A DNA stretch of 64,000 bases from Treponema bryantii (GTDB lineage: Bacteria > Spirochaetota > Spirochaetia > Treponematales > Treponemataceae). Shown here one piece after another: positions 52,601 through 60,751 of this stretch. The notes under the pieces are model-generated. The model did no database searches, was not told the DNA's origin, and saw only the letters and a list, made by a program, of their open reading frames with translations. Both the position numbers and the translations under genes were made by a program. The DNA is taken from NCBI GenBank assembly GCA_015061465.1, contig SUWN01000005.1:1190-65189 (forward strand). Reading direction: 5' to 3'. Within the stretch, counting starts at the first letter, position 1, and each line of letters starts with the position of its first letter.

Positions 52601-55600
52601 ACTAGATTTTGGATTTGTGTTTATCAAATTAAAAGCGCTATAACCTGTAATAGTTCCACCAAGAAGAGAAACGTTTCCGTAAGCAGAAATTGAATAATTA
52701 CTTCCAGAAATTGAACCACTATTTAAAAGCGCCCCGTGAACTTCTATAGAAGAATTTGTGTTGATTGTGATTGTTCCCGTAAAATTATTTGTTAAATCTC
52801 CGCCAACAAAAATTGTTCCTGAATTTTCAATAGTACTAGAATTTATTAAATTTCCATTCGTAATAGTTAAAAGTTTTCCATTTTTTAGAGTTCCTGTATT
52901 TGTAAAATTACCATCGCGTAAAGTTAAAGGGAAATATAAAGTATCTAATGTTCCTTCATTTTTTATAAAAGCGGTAACGTAAAAACCTTCTCCATTATTA
53001 GAATCCCCATCTCCTAATGTGGTATCTTCTGTTGCAGTTATAGAAGTTTCATTTTTTATTTCTAATGAATAAATATCAATTGTATCACCTATGTTTCCTA
53101 GTTTTGGATATTTTCGAGAAGCCCCTATCCCCAAAAAACCTCCAGTTTCTTCTGCTACGTCAATAACAACCTCATTATCCTTACCAGGGATTTGATTAGG
53201 GTTCCAGTTTTTTGTATTATCTCCGCCCCACCCTGTTGACCCTTTACCTCCGGTCCATGTAATTGTGACAGGAACTTTCCATCCATCAGGGAAGTTTGTA
53301 TTTTGATTATTAGAATTTAATGAATTTATTAATAGAATTTTTTCTCCATCCTGATTTTCTATTGAAACAGTTGGATTAGTAGCATTCAAAAACTTGAGAT
53401 AATTTCCAACACATTGGTTTGGTTTTGCTGTAAATTTAAATGAACCAGTTCCGTCTAATTTTAAATATTTGTCGGCATCTGTAGAAGCAGCTTCTGTTCC
53501 TGAAAGCGACATTGAAGTAACTGTAATTTCGTTATTTACAGTAAGAGTTTTGCCTCCAAGATCATCTGCTACAAGATTTGTAACTGTCATTGGACTAGTT
53601 AAAGTTGAATCACCTGTTATCGTCAATTTGGTTATAGCTAAAGTTCCTTTTGAAACTGTTATTGTTCCGCTATTTGTAACATTTGCAATTTGAACATTTG
53701 GTGTATTATTTGTATCATCCAGAATAATAGAACCATTATTATTAGTTAAATCTGAAAGTTTTATATCATTTCCTAAAGTAAGAGTTGTGTTATCAATTAC
53801 AATTTCTGAATCTCCATTATTCTCACTTTTTAGAATTTTTAATGGAGATTTCATATATAATTGAGAATGTTCTTGCATTGTTAAACTACTTATACTTGAT
53901 TCTGTTCCCAACTCAATTTGATGATAGGTACCTTTTGCAAGAGTCATGCTTGGAATTGAAAAATGTCCATTACCTGTAATTTGAATTTCTGCATTTGCGT
54001 TGGTGTTGTTATTAATTGTTTCAAAGGAATTTACACTAACAAATCCTGCAAGAGCGACGTTTACATTTCCTTCAACTTTTAAAATTCCAACTTTAGCGTT
54101 AGTGCCTAATGTTAATGTTGTTGCTTCATTCTGTTCATTAATTACATAAATAACATCTGTGTTATCTTCGCGTTTTGTATAAGTTCCTGATGAAAAGTCA
54201 GCGTTTCCTTTTAATTTTAGAGTTCCTTTATTTATGATTGTTCCAGAATTTACAAATGAATCCACTGAAATTTGTAATTCTGCGCCTTCTTCAATTGTCA
54301 ATGTTTTATATTCATATCCATTTTGCGAAATATTTGGAATATTTTTAACACCTGCAGGAATAACAACCTTAGATTCTTCATTTGGAATACTTCCTTCTTC
54401 CCAGTTTTCTGGTTTATCCCAATCAGAATTAACATCGCCTTCCCATGTACGGGTATTTTCACCAATTATTTCTTGCCAACCACTAGGGAATTCTGTTGTA
54501 CCATCTGCATAGTCCAAAGAATCTGTCAGAATATCCATTCCATTTGGTTTATCTGGAATAACAACCATTGGACTTTCTTTATTGATGAATTTTAGATACG
54601 TACCAACATTTCCGCTTGGTTCTGCTGTAAAACTAAATTTTCCGTTTCCGCCGATTTTTAACTTATCAGTACCTGTTCCAGAAAGTTCCATTGTAGTAAC
54701 AGTGATTTGTCCGTCAATTGTAAGAGTTTTTCCGCCCGCATTTGTAACGCTCAAAGTTTCTACAGAGTTGTCGTTTTTAAAAGTCAAACTATCATTTGAA
54801 GTAATTGAAGCAAATTCATTTTCACCATAAATTGTTGCAGGACCTTGTAAAACAACGGTTGCGTTATCAGAGAAAGCTTCTGAATTTTCTGATCCAAAAA
54901 TGATATTACCTTCGTTTGTTTTTGCAGTCAGAGATTTTCCATTTGTTGTAATTGGTTTTTCAAAAACAAGAGCGTTACCATCACCAGTGATTTCAAAAGT
55001 TGTATTACGTGCCAAAGTCACAGGGCTTTTAAAAACTTGTCCCGCTGTAGTTCGTACAGTTTCTTGGTCGATTGTAATTGAATTTGTTCCAGCAGAAATT
55101 GTAAATTCTGTTCCGCTCAATCCACGATAAGTTGTTGCATCAGAAGTTGTTACCATCGCACCGTTTAAGATTAATTGAGAACCTTCTTCTATATCAAACC
55201 TTGTTATTTCAATATTAGCTATTCCAGAACCATTTGTTTGTAATGTCGAATTATTTGCTATAGTAACAACACCCGCTTTTAAATCATTTGTAATAGTTGT
55301 TGTACTTGCAGAAGTTCCGTCCCCGATGTTTATATCGCCATAAATTGTATTTGTGTTTGGAGTGAAAGTTTGTGCGCTTGTTCCTACAAAATTGATTGTT
55401 CCTGTAAAACTTGTTCCGTTGTCTGTAAGATTTCTGCCAACATTTGTTGTTGTTGTTGTTATTACTGCATTATTTGAAATATCTTGCCCAACAGATAAAG
55501 TTGCTGTTTCAACAGTTCCAGTATTTGAAAGGTCAGTTGTAATTGTAACACTTCCACTTGCAGAAAGTTTTCCACCATTAGAAACTTTGTTTGCAATTAA

Positions 55601-58600
55601 ATTAGGAATAGTCAAATTTCCACTTTCAATTTCCAAATTGCGAATTTCATTTGTTGTTTCAGTTGTTTCAGGAAGAGTTATATTTCCTTTTGTTTTAATA
55701 TCTGCGTTGTTGTAAGCTGCATTTGTTACAGAAAGATTTTTTGTAATAATGTACGCAAAATCAGAATCATCTGTTGATGTCTGCACTGTCAAATTTGTAA
55801 TTGTAACATTATTTTTAATATCAACAGTCGCACCTTCATGAATAATCAAATCATTCTTTTTTGTGTCATCGTTATCAAATTTTGTGTATGTAGTAATTGT
55901 AACAGATTTTCCAGTTGGAATTTCTACAATAGCGTTGTCATTTATAAAGTTATTTATATTTGCTTTTCCTTTTATCTCCAACTGAACATTTTTTGCTTCA
56001 ATTTGTATAAGGGTAAGGGTAGGATCAGCTATTGGTGTAAATTCAATTGTTGGAATAGAATCTTTTTTGCCTTCAAAAGATAAAATTCCAACTTCGGTAT
56101 AAGTTCCTTTGTTCAAATCAAAATCTGAATTAAGCGTAATTTTACCAAGGTTTGTAACAGTTCCGTTTGTATTATCAAAAGTTCCTTTTATTTTTATAAT
56201 TCCAGTTTCGTTACTTGTATTTTGAGCATTTTGTAAACTTCCGTTGTTCGTAAAAGTGCAAGCTGGTACTGTTCCACCGCCTGGGCCAGCTTCAAGACCT
56301 ACTTCCAATTTTCCAATATTGGCAATCGTTGCGCTAGAACTATTTGTAAGATTTCCGTTTACTTTTATTTTTCCAGAGTTTGTAATTGTTCCGTTGTTTG
56401 TAAATGTGTATACATCTGTTACATTTTGCCCCGGAGCTGCATTTTCTCCAAACGTCAATTCACCATTATTTGTGATTTTTCCGCTATGAGTAAAATCACC
56501 AGAAATGATTACCTTTTTATCAGCATGAATTATTACATCACTTGTTTCATTTGGAACTTCACCTTGATCCCAGTTTGTTGCAACGTTCCAATCAGTAGAA
56601 GTTGCTCCAGTCCAAGTAAAGGTATTGTCATATTCCCAGCCAAGAGGGAAAGAAGTTATTCCATCAACTGAATTTTTGGAATTCCTGATTGTCGCTTCGT
56701 TTGTAGTTACAATAGGAGAATCTTCATTTACAAATTTTAGATAATTTCCAACATATTGCGCTGGCGCTGTTGTCAAATTGAATGAACCACTTCCGGCAAT
56801 TTGGAGCAAACTTTCAGACGATGTTCCAGAAAGCGTCATTGAATCTACAGTGATTTTGCCATTTATAGTAAGAGTTTTTCCGCCAGCAGTTGTAACACTC
56901 AAATTGTTGATTGTGTTATCAGATTCCAAAGACAAACTATCACTTGTTGTAATTGAATCGATAGTGCTGTTTCCATAAATTACAGTTGGAGCCTGCAAAC
57001 TGAGTTTTGGCGCAACATCGCCATTTTTCACAAAAGCATCTGTAGTAGCTTTTCCAAAGATGATTGTTCCACCTGATTTAAAAGTTGTTTCATTAGTTAA
57101 TTTTACAGACGCAAAATAATTTTGATTTCCTTCTGTTTCTACAGTATCTTGGTCGATTGTAATTTTTTTTGATTCAGCAGCAGAAATTGTAAATCCCGTT
57201 CCACTCAATCCGCGATAAATTGAATCTTCAGAAGTTGTTACAGTTGCATTATCTAAGATTAACTCTGCACCTTCGTTTACATCAAAGCTGGTTGCATTAA
57301 TTTCAATTCCATTGTTTGTTTGTAATTTTGAATTTTCGTTTATTAAAATATTGCCAGCAGTAAAATTTCCTGCAAAAATTGTTGTACTTGCAGAAGTTCC
57401 GTCCCCGATGTTTATATCGCCATAAGTTGTACTTGTACTTGTGTTTGGTGTGAACTTTTGGTCGCTATTTCCTACAAAATTGATTGTTCCTGCAAAACTT
57501 GTTCCACTGTCTGTAAGATCTCCTGTTATATTTACAGTTGAACTTGAAAAATTTGCTTTATTGGTCAAATTTCCAACATTCAAATTTTCAATTGTCAATG
57601 TTCCAGTTCCGCTTGTTTGAATATCTGCGTTTTTGTAAGTTGCGCTAGAAATTGTCAAAGTTCCAGTTGTAGAAATTGTCGCAAAATCATTTTCGTCATC
57701 TGTTTTTTCAACGTTCAAAGTTGAAATTGTTCCATTCTCAATTGATAAAGTTGTCCCTTCTTCTATATTAACTATGTCACTTGTTGAATTTATATATTCT
57801 GTGGCTGTAAATGCGTTCGTTGCAGTAATTGTTCCGTTGTTTGTAAGAGGAGCATTAGAACTTAATGTTCCAACTTCAAGATTTCCGTTTTGTGTTACAA
57901 CAGTTTCCATTATTCCTGTTGTTACTATGTCCGAAGAAACTTTTGCATTGATTTTTAAATAAGGTTTTGGAGAATCTGTACCCTGATATTCAATTTCCTT
58001 AAAGCTAGATTCTTTATTAATATAAACTTGGCTTCCAGAATGCAAAACAGTTTCTCCAGAACAAGTAACTGGTACATTCAAATTGTAAGTTCCAATCACA
58101 GTCGGTGTTTCTGTACCACTTGCACGAGTAAAATCCATTGAATCCGTAGTCAAAGAACCTGTTCCGCCAATATTTACTATAAAATCATGTGGAATATATT
58201 TGTCTGTTGAACCATCTTCGCAAGCGTTTGTTTTAAAGTTTTTTACAGAAACCTTGGCATTTAATACTAAATCAACATTTCCGGCAATAAACAAAGTTCC
58301 TATTGTAATTTGCGAATTAATAGTAACAGTTTTCCGTTCTTCATCCTGATTTATAATATAAAGAGAGTCATTTGTGCCTGAATATGTTCCAGAAATTTCA
58401 GCATTACCTTTTATAAATAACTTTCCGTTATTTGTAATCGTTCCGGTAGAAACAAAATCGTTTTCAATTGTGATTAAATTGTTATTTGTAATCGTTCCTG
58501 AAGAAGATAAAATTTCTTTAAAAGTAAGTTCCCCACTATTTGTAAGAGTTCCTGAGTTTGTACATCCACCTGTAACATCCAAAATAGCAGATTTTCCTTC

Positions 58601-60568
58601 AGAAGGAGCAGGGAGTATAGCTTCTGCTTTCTCTTCAATAATGAAGTTAACCATAGCCTGCTTCTTATCCGAAGTTTGAAAAATAAGACGGTGAGAAGTA
58701 TCTGTTGGTTTTGTTACAATAATTGAAACGCTGTTATCACCAGAGGGGGGATGACTACCACCTTCCCAGTTGCTATTCTCAGCTAAGTCCTCTGAAGTTT
58801 CACCTCTCCAAATATAAGTTTTATCATCAATCCATCCTGCTGGGAAAATTCCATTTGGCGCAGAAGAATTTTTTACGTTGATATAGTTTTCTTTTACGAT
58901 TGGCGAAGAAGAACTCAAAAAATTCAAATATTGAGTAGAAATAGAGTTTTTTTCTTTTACAGTAATTGCGCCTTCTCCACCGATATTTAATTTATTTTCA
59001 TTTTCATTACCAGAACCTTTTAGATTACTATTTTGTCCTGTGATTGTGATGTTGCCATCAAAATAGATTGTTTTTCCGCCAAGATTTTGTGCATTAAGCG
59101 AATTTATTGCTCCAAATCCAGAAACTGTAACTGGCTCATTACTTGTGGGAGCCAAAGTAACGGAAGCGTATGTAGAAGAAGAATTCCCCGAAACAAAATC
59201 CCCGTTGATTGTAAGAGTGCCGGTTTGTGTAACTTTACCGTTGTTAACAAAATTATTTACAGTTATATTCTTTTGCGTTGTTTCTAAGAGAAGATTTCCT
59301 TTATTTTCCAAGTTTTTATTTACATTCAATTCAACAGGATTAGGAATTGTTACTGTACTATTTTCCTCTACTACAAGATTATTAACATTTAAAGTTACCC
59401 AATTAGAACCTAACTGAATGGAGCCTTGTAAAATTAAATCACTAAAATTCCCAGTAAAATTATCCACAAATATTTTTTTATTATTTAGTGATTTTATACT
59501 AATTGGTGAAACAGTTTCTCCATCTTCGTAATAATTTAAAGTGTTAAAAACAATGTCTTCATTACTTCCAATGTATTCTAATGTACTTCCATTTGTTACA
59601 TACACATTTAAATTATTAAAACTATTAAATTTTAATGTATTTTCACCGACATAAACATTTTTCCCATTTCCATTTATTGAGCCAGAAATTGTTGCATCCC
59701 CAGAAAAAAATAATTTAGCAGTATTTTGATTAGTTAGAGCAATTTCATTATATATCCCGCCTGGCAATGTAACATTATCTATTTGTATTTTTTCATTATC
59801 ACTAGGACTTTCCTTTTCCAAAACATGAATTTCTCTGTTTTCTTTTGTTTGCAGATAGATAGAATAATTACTTCCTTCCCCTAAAACCAATTTACTTATT
59901 TTAATTGGGTCATAATCTACTTGTACATTATTTTCAACATCAGCATGAAAAACTCCACCAGATGATTTTATTGTACCTTCTCCAGAATAATTGCTTCTTA
60001 AAGAAAGAGTATTTGCTCCTAAATCTATTGTTCCTTTGTTAATTATATTACCAGTAACAGTTACTGGTCCTCTTTCAACTTTTACAGTTCCTTCATTTAT
60101 TAAATCTTCTTTTATTTCAATTTGACCTGCAAATTCAATTTCTGTACCTTGTTCAATACTTACACTTTTGAAGTTCCCATCAGATAATCTTAACTTACTT
60201 CCTTCTTTTATTAAAAAATTCACATTTCCAGTATTCTGATAAGGAGAAAATGTAACCACATTCGAAGAACCTCTTATATAAATTGTTGCATTGTCTTCTA
60301 TTCCAGAAATACTATTTAATGAAACTTCACTATTAAATACTGCTATATCACCATCTACAGATGGATACCCACCCCCGCTCCAGTTTCCTGTGTCATTCCA
60401 ATTTGTATTGCCGGCTCCACCAGTCCAAACATATTCAGCCGCAAACAATCCACTTAGTGCGAACAATCCAACAAAAAAAACAAGCACTAATTTTTTTGCG
60501 TTAAAACAAGAAAAACAATTTGTGAGAAACCTAGATTTTTTCCAAAAAAGCCTATTATTCAACTTCAT
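43622..60568 (-). CDS. Giant (~5650 aa) secreted modular surface protein with beta-helix-like repeats and a C-terminal FlgD-Ig-like domain
   Basis: Signal peptide ending LFA; seven W.G...W...NW module heads; T/N/G-rich repeats; C-terminal WDGTNNSGKPVARGMYFIRV...KVLVVK; start is GTG 60580 or ATG 60568. Confidence 0.85.
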   Translation of the reverse strand: MKLNNRLFWKKSRFLTNCFSCFNAKKLVLVFFVGLFALSGLFAAEYVWTGGAGNTNWNDTGNWSGGGYPSVDGDIAVFNSEVSLNSISGIEDNATIYIRGSSNVVTFSPYQNTGNVNFLIKEGSKLRLSDGNFKSVSIEQGTEIEFAGQIEIKEDLINEGTVKVERGPVTVTGNIINKGTIDLGANTLSLRSNYSGEGTIKSSGGVFHADVENNVQVDYDPIKISKLVLGEGSNYSIYLQTKENREIHVLEKESPSDNEKIQIDNVTLPGGIYNEIALTNQNTAKLFFSGDATISGSINGNGKNVYVGENTLKFNSFNNLNVYVTNGSTLEYIGSNEDIVFNTLNYYEDGETVSPISIKSLNNKKIFVDNFTGNFSDLILQGSIQLGSNWVTLNVNNLVVEENSTVTIPNPVELNVNKNLENKGNLLLETTQKNITVNNFVNNGKVTQTGTLTINGDFVSGNSSSTYASVTLAPTSNEPVTVSGFGAINSLNAQNLGGKTIYFDGNITITGQNSNLKGSGNENENKLNIGGEGAITVKEKNSISTQYLNFLSSSSPIVKENYINVKNSSAPNGIFPAGWIDDKTYIWRGETSEDLAENSNWEGGSHPPSGDNSVSIIVTKPTDTSHRLIFQTSDKKQAMVNFIIEEKAEAILPAPSEGKSAILDVTGGCTNSGTLTNSGELTFKEILSSSGTITNNNLITIENDFVSTGTITNNGKLFIKGNAEISGTYSGTNDSLYIINQDEERKTVTINSQITIGTLFIAGNVDLVLNAKVSVKNFKTNACEDGSTDKYIPHDFIVNIGGTGSLTTDSMDFTRASGTETPTVIGTYNLNVPVTCSGETVLHSGSQVYINKESSFKEIEYQGTDSPKPYLKINAKVSSDIVTTGIMETVVTQNGNLEVGTLSSNAPLTNNGTITATNAFTATEYINSTSDIVNIEEGTTLSIENGTISTLNVEKTDDENDFATISTTGTLTISSATYKNADIQTSGTGTLTIENLNVGNLTNKANFSSSTVNITGDLTDSGTSFAGTINFVGNSDQKFTPNTSTSTTYGDINIGDGTSASTTIFAGNFTAGNILINENSKLQTNNGIEINATSFDVNEGAELILDNATVTTSEDSIYRGLSGTGFTISAAESKKITIDQDTVETEGNQNYFASVKLTNETTFKSGGTIIFGKATTDAFVKNGDVAPKLSLQAPTVIYGNSTIDSITTSDSLSLESDNTINNLSVTTAGGKTLTINGKITVDSMTLSGTSSESLLQIAGSGSFNLTTAPAQYVGNYLKFVNEDSPIVTTNEATIRNSKNSVDGITSFPLGWEYDNTFTWTGATSTDWNVATNWDQGEVPNETSDVIIHADKKVIISGDFTHSGKITNNGELTFGENAAPGQNVTDVYTFTNNGTITNSGKIKVNGNLTNSSSATIANIGKLEVGLEAGPGGGTVPACTFTNNGSLQNAQNTSNETGIIKIKGTFDNTNGTVTNLGKITLNSDFDLNKGTYTEVGILSFEGKKDSIPTIEFTPIADPTLTLIQIEAKNVQLEIKGKANINNFINDNAIVEIPTGKSVTITTYTKFDNDDTKKNDLIIHEGATVDIKNNVTITNLTVQTSTDDSDFAYIITKNLSVTNAAYNNADIKTKGNITLPETTETTNEIRNLEIESGNLTIPNLIANKVSNGGKLSASGSVTITTDLSNTGTVETATLSVGQDISNNAVITTTTTNVGRNLTDNGTSFTGTINFVGTSAQTFTPNTNTIYGDINIGDGTSASTTTITNDLKAGVVTIANNSTLQTNGSGIANIEITRFDIEEGSQLILNGAMVTTSDATTYRGLSGTEFTISAGTNSITIDQETVRTTAGQVFKSPVTLARNTTFEITGDGNALVFEKPITTNGKSLTAKTNEGNIIFGSENSEAFSDNATVVLQGPATIYGENEFASITSNDSLTFKNDNSVETLSVTNAGGKTLTIDGQITVTTMELSGTGTDKLKIGGNGKFSFTAEPSGNVGTYLKFINKESPMVVIPDKPNGMDILTDSLDYADGTTEFPSGWQEIIGENTRTWEGDVNSDWDKPENWEEGSIPNEESKVVIPAGVKNIPNISQNGYEYKTLTIEEGAELQISVDSFVNSGTIINKGTLKLKGNADFSSGTYTKREDNTDVIYVINEQNEATTLTLGTNAKVGILKVEGNVNVALAGFVSVNSFETINNNTNANAEIQITGNGHFSIPSMTLAKGTYHQIELGTESSISSLTMQEHSQLYMKSPLKILKSENNGDSEIVIDNTTLTLGNDIKLSDLTNNNGSIILDDTNNTPNVQIANVTNSGTITVSKGTLAITKLTITGDSTLTSPMTVTNLVADDLGGKTLTVNNEITVTSMSLSGTEAASTDADKYLKLDGTGSFKFTAKPNQCVGNYLKFLNATNPTVSIENQDGEKILLINSLNSNNQNTNFPDGWKVPVTITWTGGKGSTGWGGDNTKNWNPNQIPGKDNEVVIDVAEETGGFLGIGASRKYPKLGNIGDTIDIYSLEIKNETSITATEDTTLGDGDSNNGEGFYVTAFIKNEGTLDTLYFPLTLRDGNFTNTGTLKNGKLLTITNGNLINSSTIENSGTIFVGGDLTNNFTGTITINTNSSIEVHGALLNSGSISGSNYSISAYGNVSLLGGTITGYSAFNLINTNPKSSNAFYVDSSYTLPSLTIQQGGFDFNITDTLTIETLTNDGVLNVRNGTLKVPTYEGTGAICVYDGTNTTITAFNGTGDIYLFKGSNLTITNYAGTGTIYLQEGATLTIENATENPNLVIQTTDETDFATISTNENLTISSATYNSGDIKTVGNITLPSTESTTNEIGNLLIESGELTIETGELTIETLHAENITTKETTTLNVENGTITVSENLQNNGSTKAKTLTVKNVENNKEMNVETANVSGDFIDNDSFVVSTINFIGENNQEFLPTSNNQIVYYEINVRKTSGTFTATTNPLQVGTLNLESPENNFGEVVANFVNLTNTENTTFAGNVTCNQTLTITNATQTTFNESVQIQSLTTENSGKITFAKGGTISTATEIRSSGDVTSEINGTITTGDFVAEDCTFNGELNANNVTVTKLNSSTGSVNINLSGHFTNNGGTVKINKLTLLDSSTLTGDLRIGEFIATQSLMTNPNEAKTLTITNKLIVDSMKISGQNDSLKITIANSGEIQYSNYGRFNVGQYIKFDGENPKIANGTGLVAKVEYVNALPDGWEEINTEYIWKGSVSNVWETDNNWEFGEAPLADEDAVVIIPSENITNFPILSETTKIKSLEIKEGATLSVNNNGSLQITETYTNLGTLINAGTVQIDFETNFANSTIQNSGTLNLVGNVDFSETTYTNDDNNSDKIYITNYDEINSAIFKTRENQKAGEIYLKGNITSVELNGNVSFKHLEIENQSAVSTVTLSSLNGGSLQTGSLTNKETLICNTNVTIFGNLINDYVIQIPQGISLSANTYSTSSPFGTSDRKVILSEGGTLTIENEESATSTIAKIEFVKTPETDFATISTNGNLTISTTVYKINDESVDIKTSGNGTIKLPSTESTTNEIGNLLIESGKLTIETLHAANITNNGTLNATTSVQAKNIVNSGEITTPTVKTTAELSNAENATITATNGNVTVGANLTNSGEITSDTVLATGDLTNNGNLNATTSVEAKNITNVGEITTPTVKANAELSNAENATITATNGSITVGANLTNDGTLSTKTITVTQNITNAGEITSDTVLATGGLTNNGTLNATTSVEATNLTNSGEITSDTVLVTGDLTNDGILNATTSVEANNIVNSGEITTPTVIVNADLTNAENATITATNGSITVGTNLTNSGEITSDIVLATGDLTNIGSMNVATTNVGGNLIDTGTWQQTDSTEINFNGTDAQEFTPNPNSTYALINVENSGGILTINNVLNVTNLQINSNVIFEDSATIENLSIDMSSSEYENFVKFAGEKTYTITTLVGAKGNQNSKLKLASTDDKLWNVYFENKPEIESFEYVEVSKSQSVDENGSVKELNYIEAEENLLSDEECTTIGWFNFNLYYWTGNQSTEWAEVKNWARRPNGNGKFAEAPSKNSSTLEVYVLQTALNSLIENDDEITINLLENPEGKTVELNKGAEIQTIKNAGQIATQESVNVTTFENKGTIFVNVGILTIENYVPTSDKINIKEGATLKIIKAEETTISDLTFEKTDSSTEDFAILEGNISVTSATYSEADIQTKGTIKLPSTESTTNEIGNLLIGSGNLTIETLHGANLTNDGTLLTKTITVTQNITNNHEITSETVLATGDLTNNGNLNATTSVEANNITNVGEITTPTVKANAELTNAENSTITATNGSVTVGTNLTTSGEITSDTVLATGDLTNDGNLNATTSLQANNITNAGEITSDTVLVNNDLTNNRKLNATTSVEAKNITNVGEITTPTVKANAELSNAENATITATNGSVTVGTNLTNAGTLSTKTIIVTQNITNSGSMNVATTNVGGNLTDNGTWAEIGIVNFVGANDQSFDSNPSTTYALINVEKSSGILTLANDLNAKDFVLKGGDLFINKTLTTQRDLILLGKKYSVKDSVTNVDLFDYKGEVEFEILDATLLGTKVQLADDASIFVGKNFYANGIDISGGKIFIQKPINFAPFAQSFNGEISNNKAICSCADCETEPNQTHAKIMAVGCVDKGENSGWDFDDATILKAQTVRDDVIKVFVNQPLAKISDENLSEFKFLIDDELNGSFQGIYSDVDCTQVFEDEIGTFDQTENSYYFFLKAISKWNTDASGSFAGKVLSTASDNVHYNSIPVIDIPRYTQEKGVIVKNKWGKPFANLSSRFFNGSSFVNVSDNCGPVLVEVKTGQEVHKLYDETIGQSSQPSYDAHNFIEFEYSEPIIFKGNAYSSLDENILVTSEFGQTDNSNGTLKINGLASFQKGKLLTQSKDSTIADNQVNAFYRKDEYSFRFSVAGLTKGTIEYNSNEYKNWIGYIEEAEIPSGNVTLEFDSEGKNPFIQDLQLNHQEEWTSAPKLVVDSSFVGDFGTWDLSSPNFAFHVSEDKQPDWYEFVGNGDGFIKNIEFHLFDNDLENNPSVYDGAVWQTREGWLNQAGVLKIPESYAADIFGGSRPFITDEQNRTAGGIRLSSVYNTFENFEYSYGQIEPKSFVSFDANVSAALFQSSSHDKTRISNGADSLYFALGITEIGLPLKTTFSVSYKSTDTLVVTDLAGNKLKDVQEISSYDVTPPSFAINVVPHNSDELYMLFSEQINFADFEVKLSDNSFKTYNLMENISNVFEFGHIVEGHWQTIEDLKVESIKERKVFDAHTEIVLKLNQKLKFEQIQQIYIRVAKGLDNTVDVVTGSHNANVTLIQDDKGNYMMQYMAHPISDFAVDVLNLNYAYNSDTVNPSASENLDTTKEQKSRVVHDWSRTQANFGTLLLNHDITFNGTILAESIADTQMIFSSSPEKESVASFYNEWTKKDSRIWLAEIPGFESLKFDSWSKENNSSVQFVQSEKENDSITFDILKEQIPDVTSLSFLFALKDANSEYLTVNHYPAYNYSTKMYDLGQKFPLFALRLDNKEDVKSFDLWSLKLDSISLQRGGVTILNNVINPLLGDKAILKLDLAQKARVNILVMTLDGNIVKYLNRGSLDSGEYQFTWDGTNNSGKPVARGMYFIRVFGHNIDETRKVLVVK
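47176..47975. repeat. Intragenic near-identical repeat block A of the giant gene
   Basis: Recurrent units such as gtcaaatcaccagttgcaagaactgtgtcacttgtgatttc and ccgtttgttgctgtaattgttg; shared with block B. Confidence 0.85.
49037..49990. repeat. Intragenic near-identical repeat block B of the giant gene
   Basis: Same ~16-18 codon units as block A, in different order and number. Confidence 0.85.
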
Positions 60569-60584
60569 ACAGTATATCACTTAA

Positions 60585-60611
60585 TCATCGGTAATATAGA
60601 AAAAAAAGTTA
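60585..60611 (-). promoter_or_regulatory. Candidate sigma-28-like promoter of the giant gene
   Basis: Minus strand TAAC-N15-ACCGATGA. Confidence 0.35.
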
Positions 60612-60633
60612 AATAAATGCACATTTCTTTGCA

Positions 60634-60677
60634 AAAAATGGTCCGAAAAATCATTTTTTGTCCATATTAACTATAGG
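60634..60677 (+). promoter_or_regulatory. Conserved 44-bp motif upstream of Rpn copy 2
   Basis: AAAAATGGTCCGAAAAATCATTTTTTGTCCATATTAACTATAGG. Confidence 0.75.
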
Positions 60678-60681
60678 ACAA

Positions 60682-60713
60682 AATTCAGAATTCAGAATTC
60701 GGAATTCTGAATT
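60682..60713. repeat. Palindromic heptamer array in the Rpn copy 2 leader
   Basis: aattcag aattcag aattcgg aattctg aatt. Confidence 0.8.
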
Positions 60714-60751
60714 ATTGAGAAATATTTTTTATAAAAAAAGGTGGATTAAAA

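Noticed and set aside
60473-60480. A8/T8 tract in the giant gene's signal peptide as a phase-variation switch
   Set aside because: Such tracts are frequent throughout this AT-rich window and the frame is intact.
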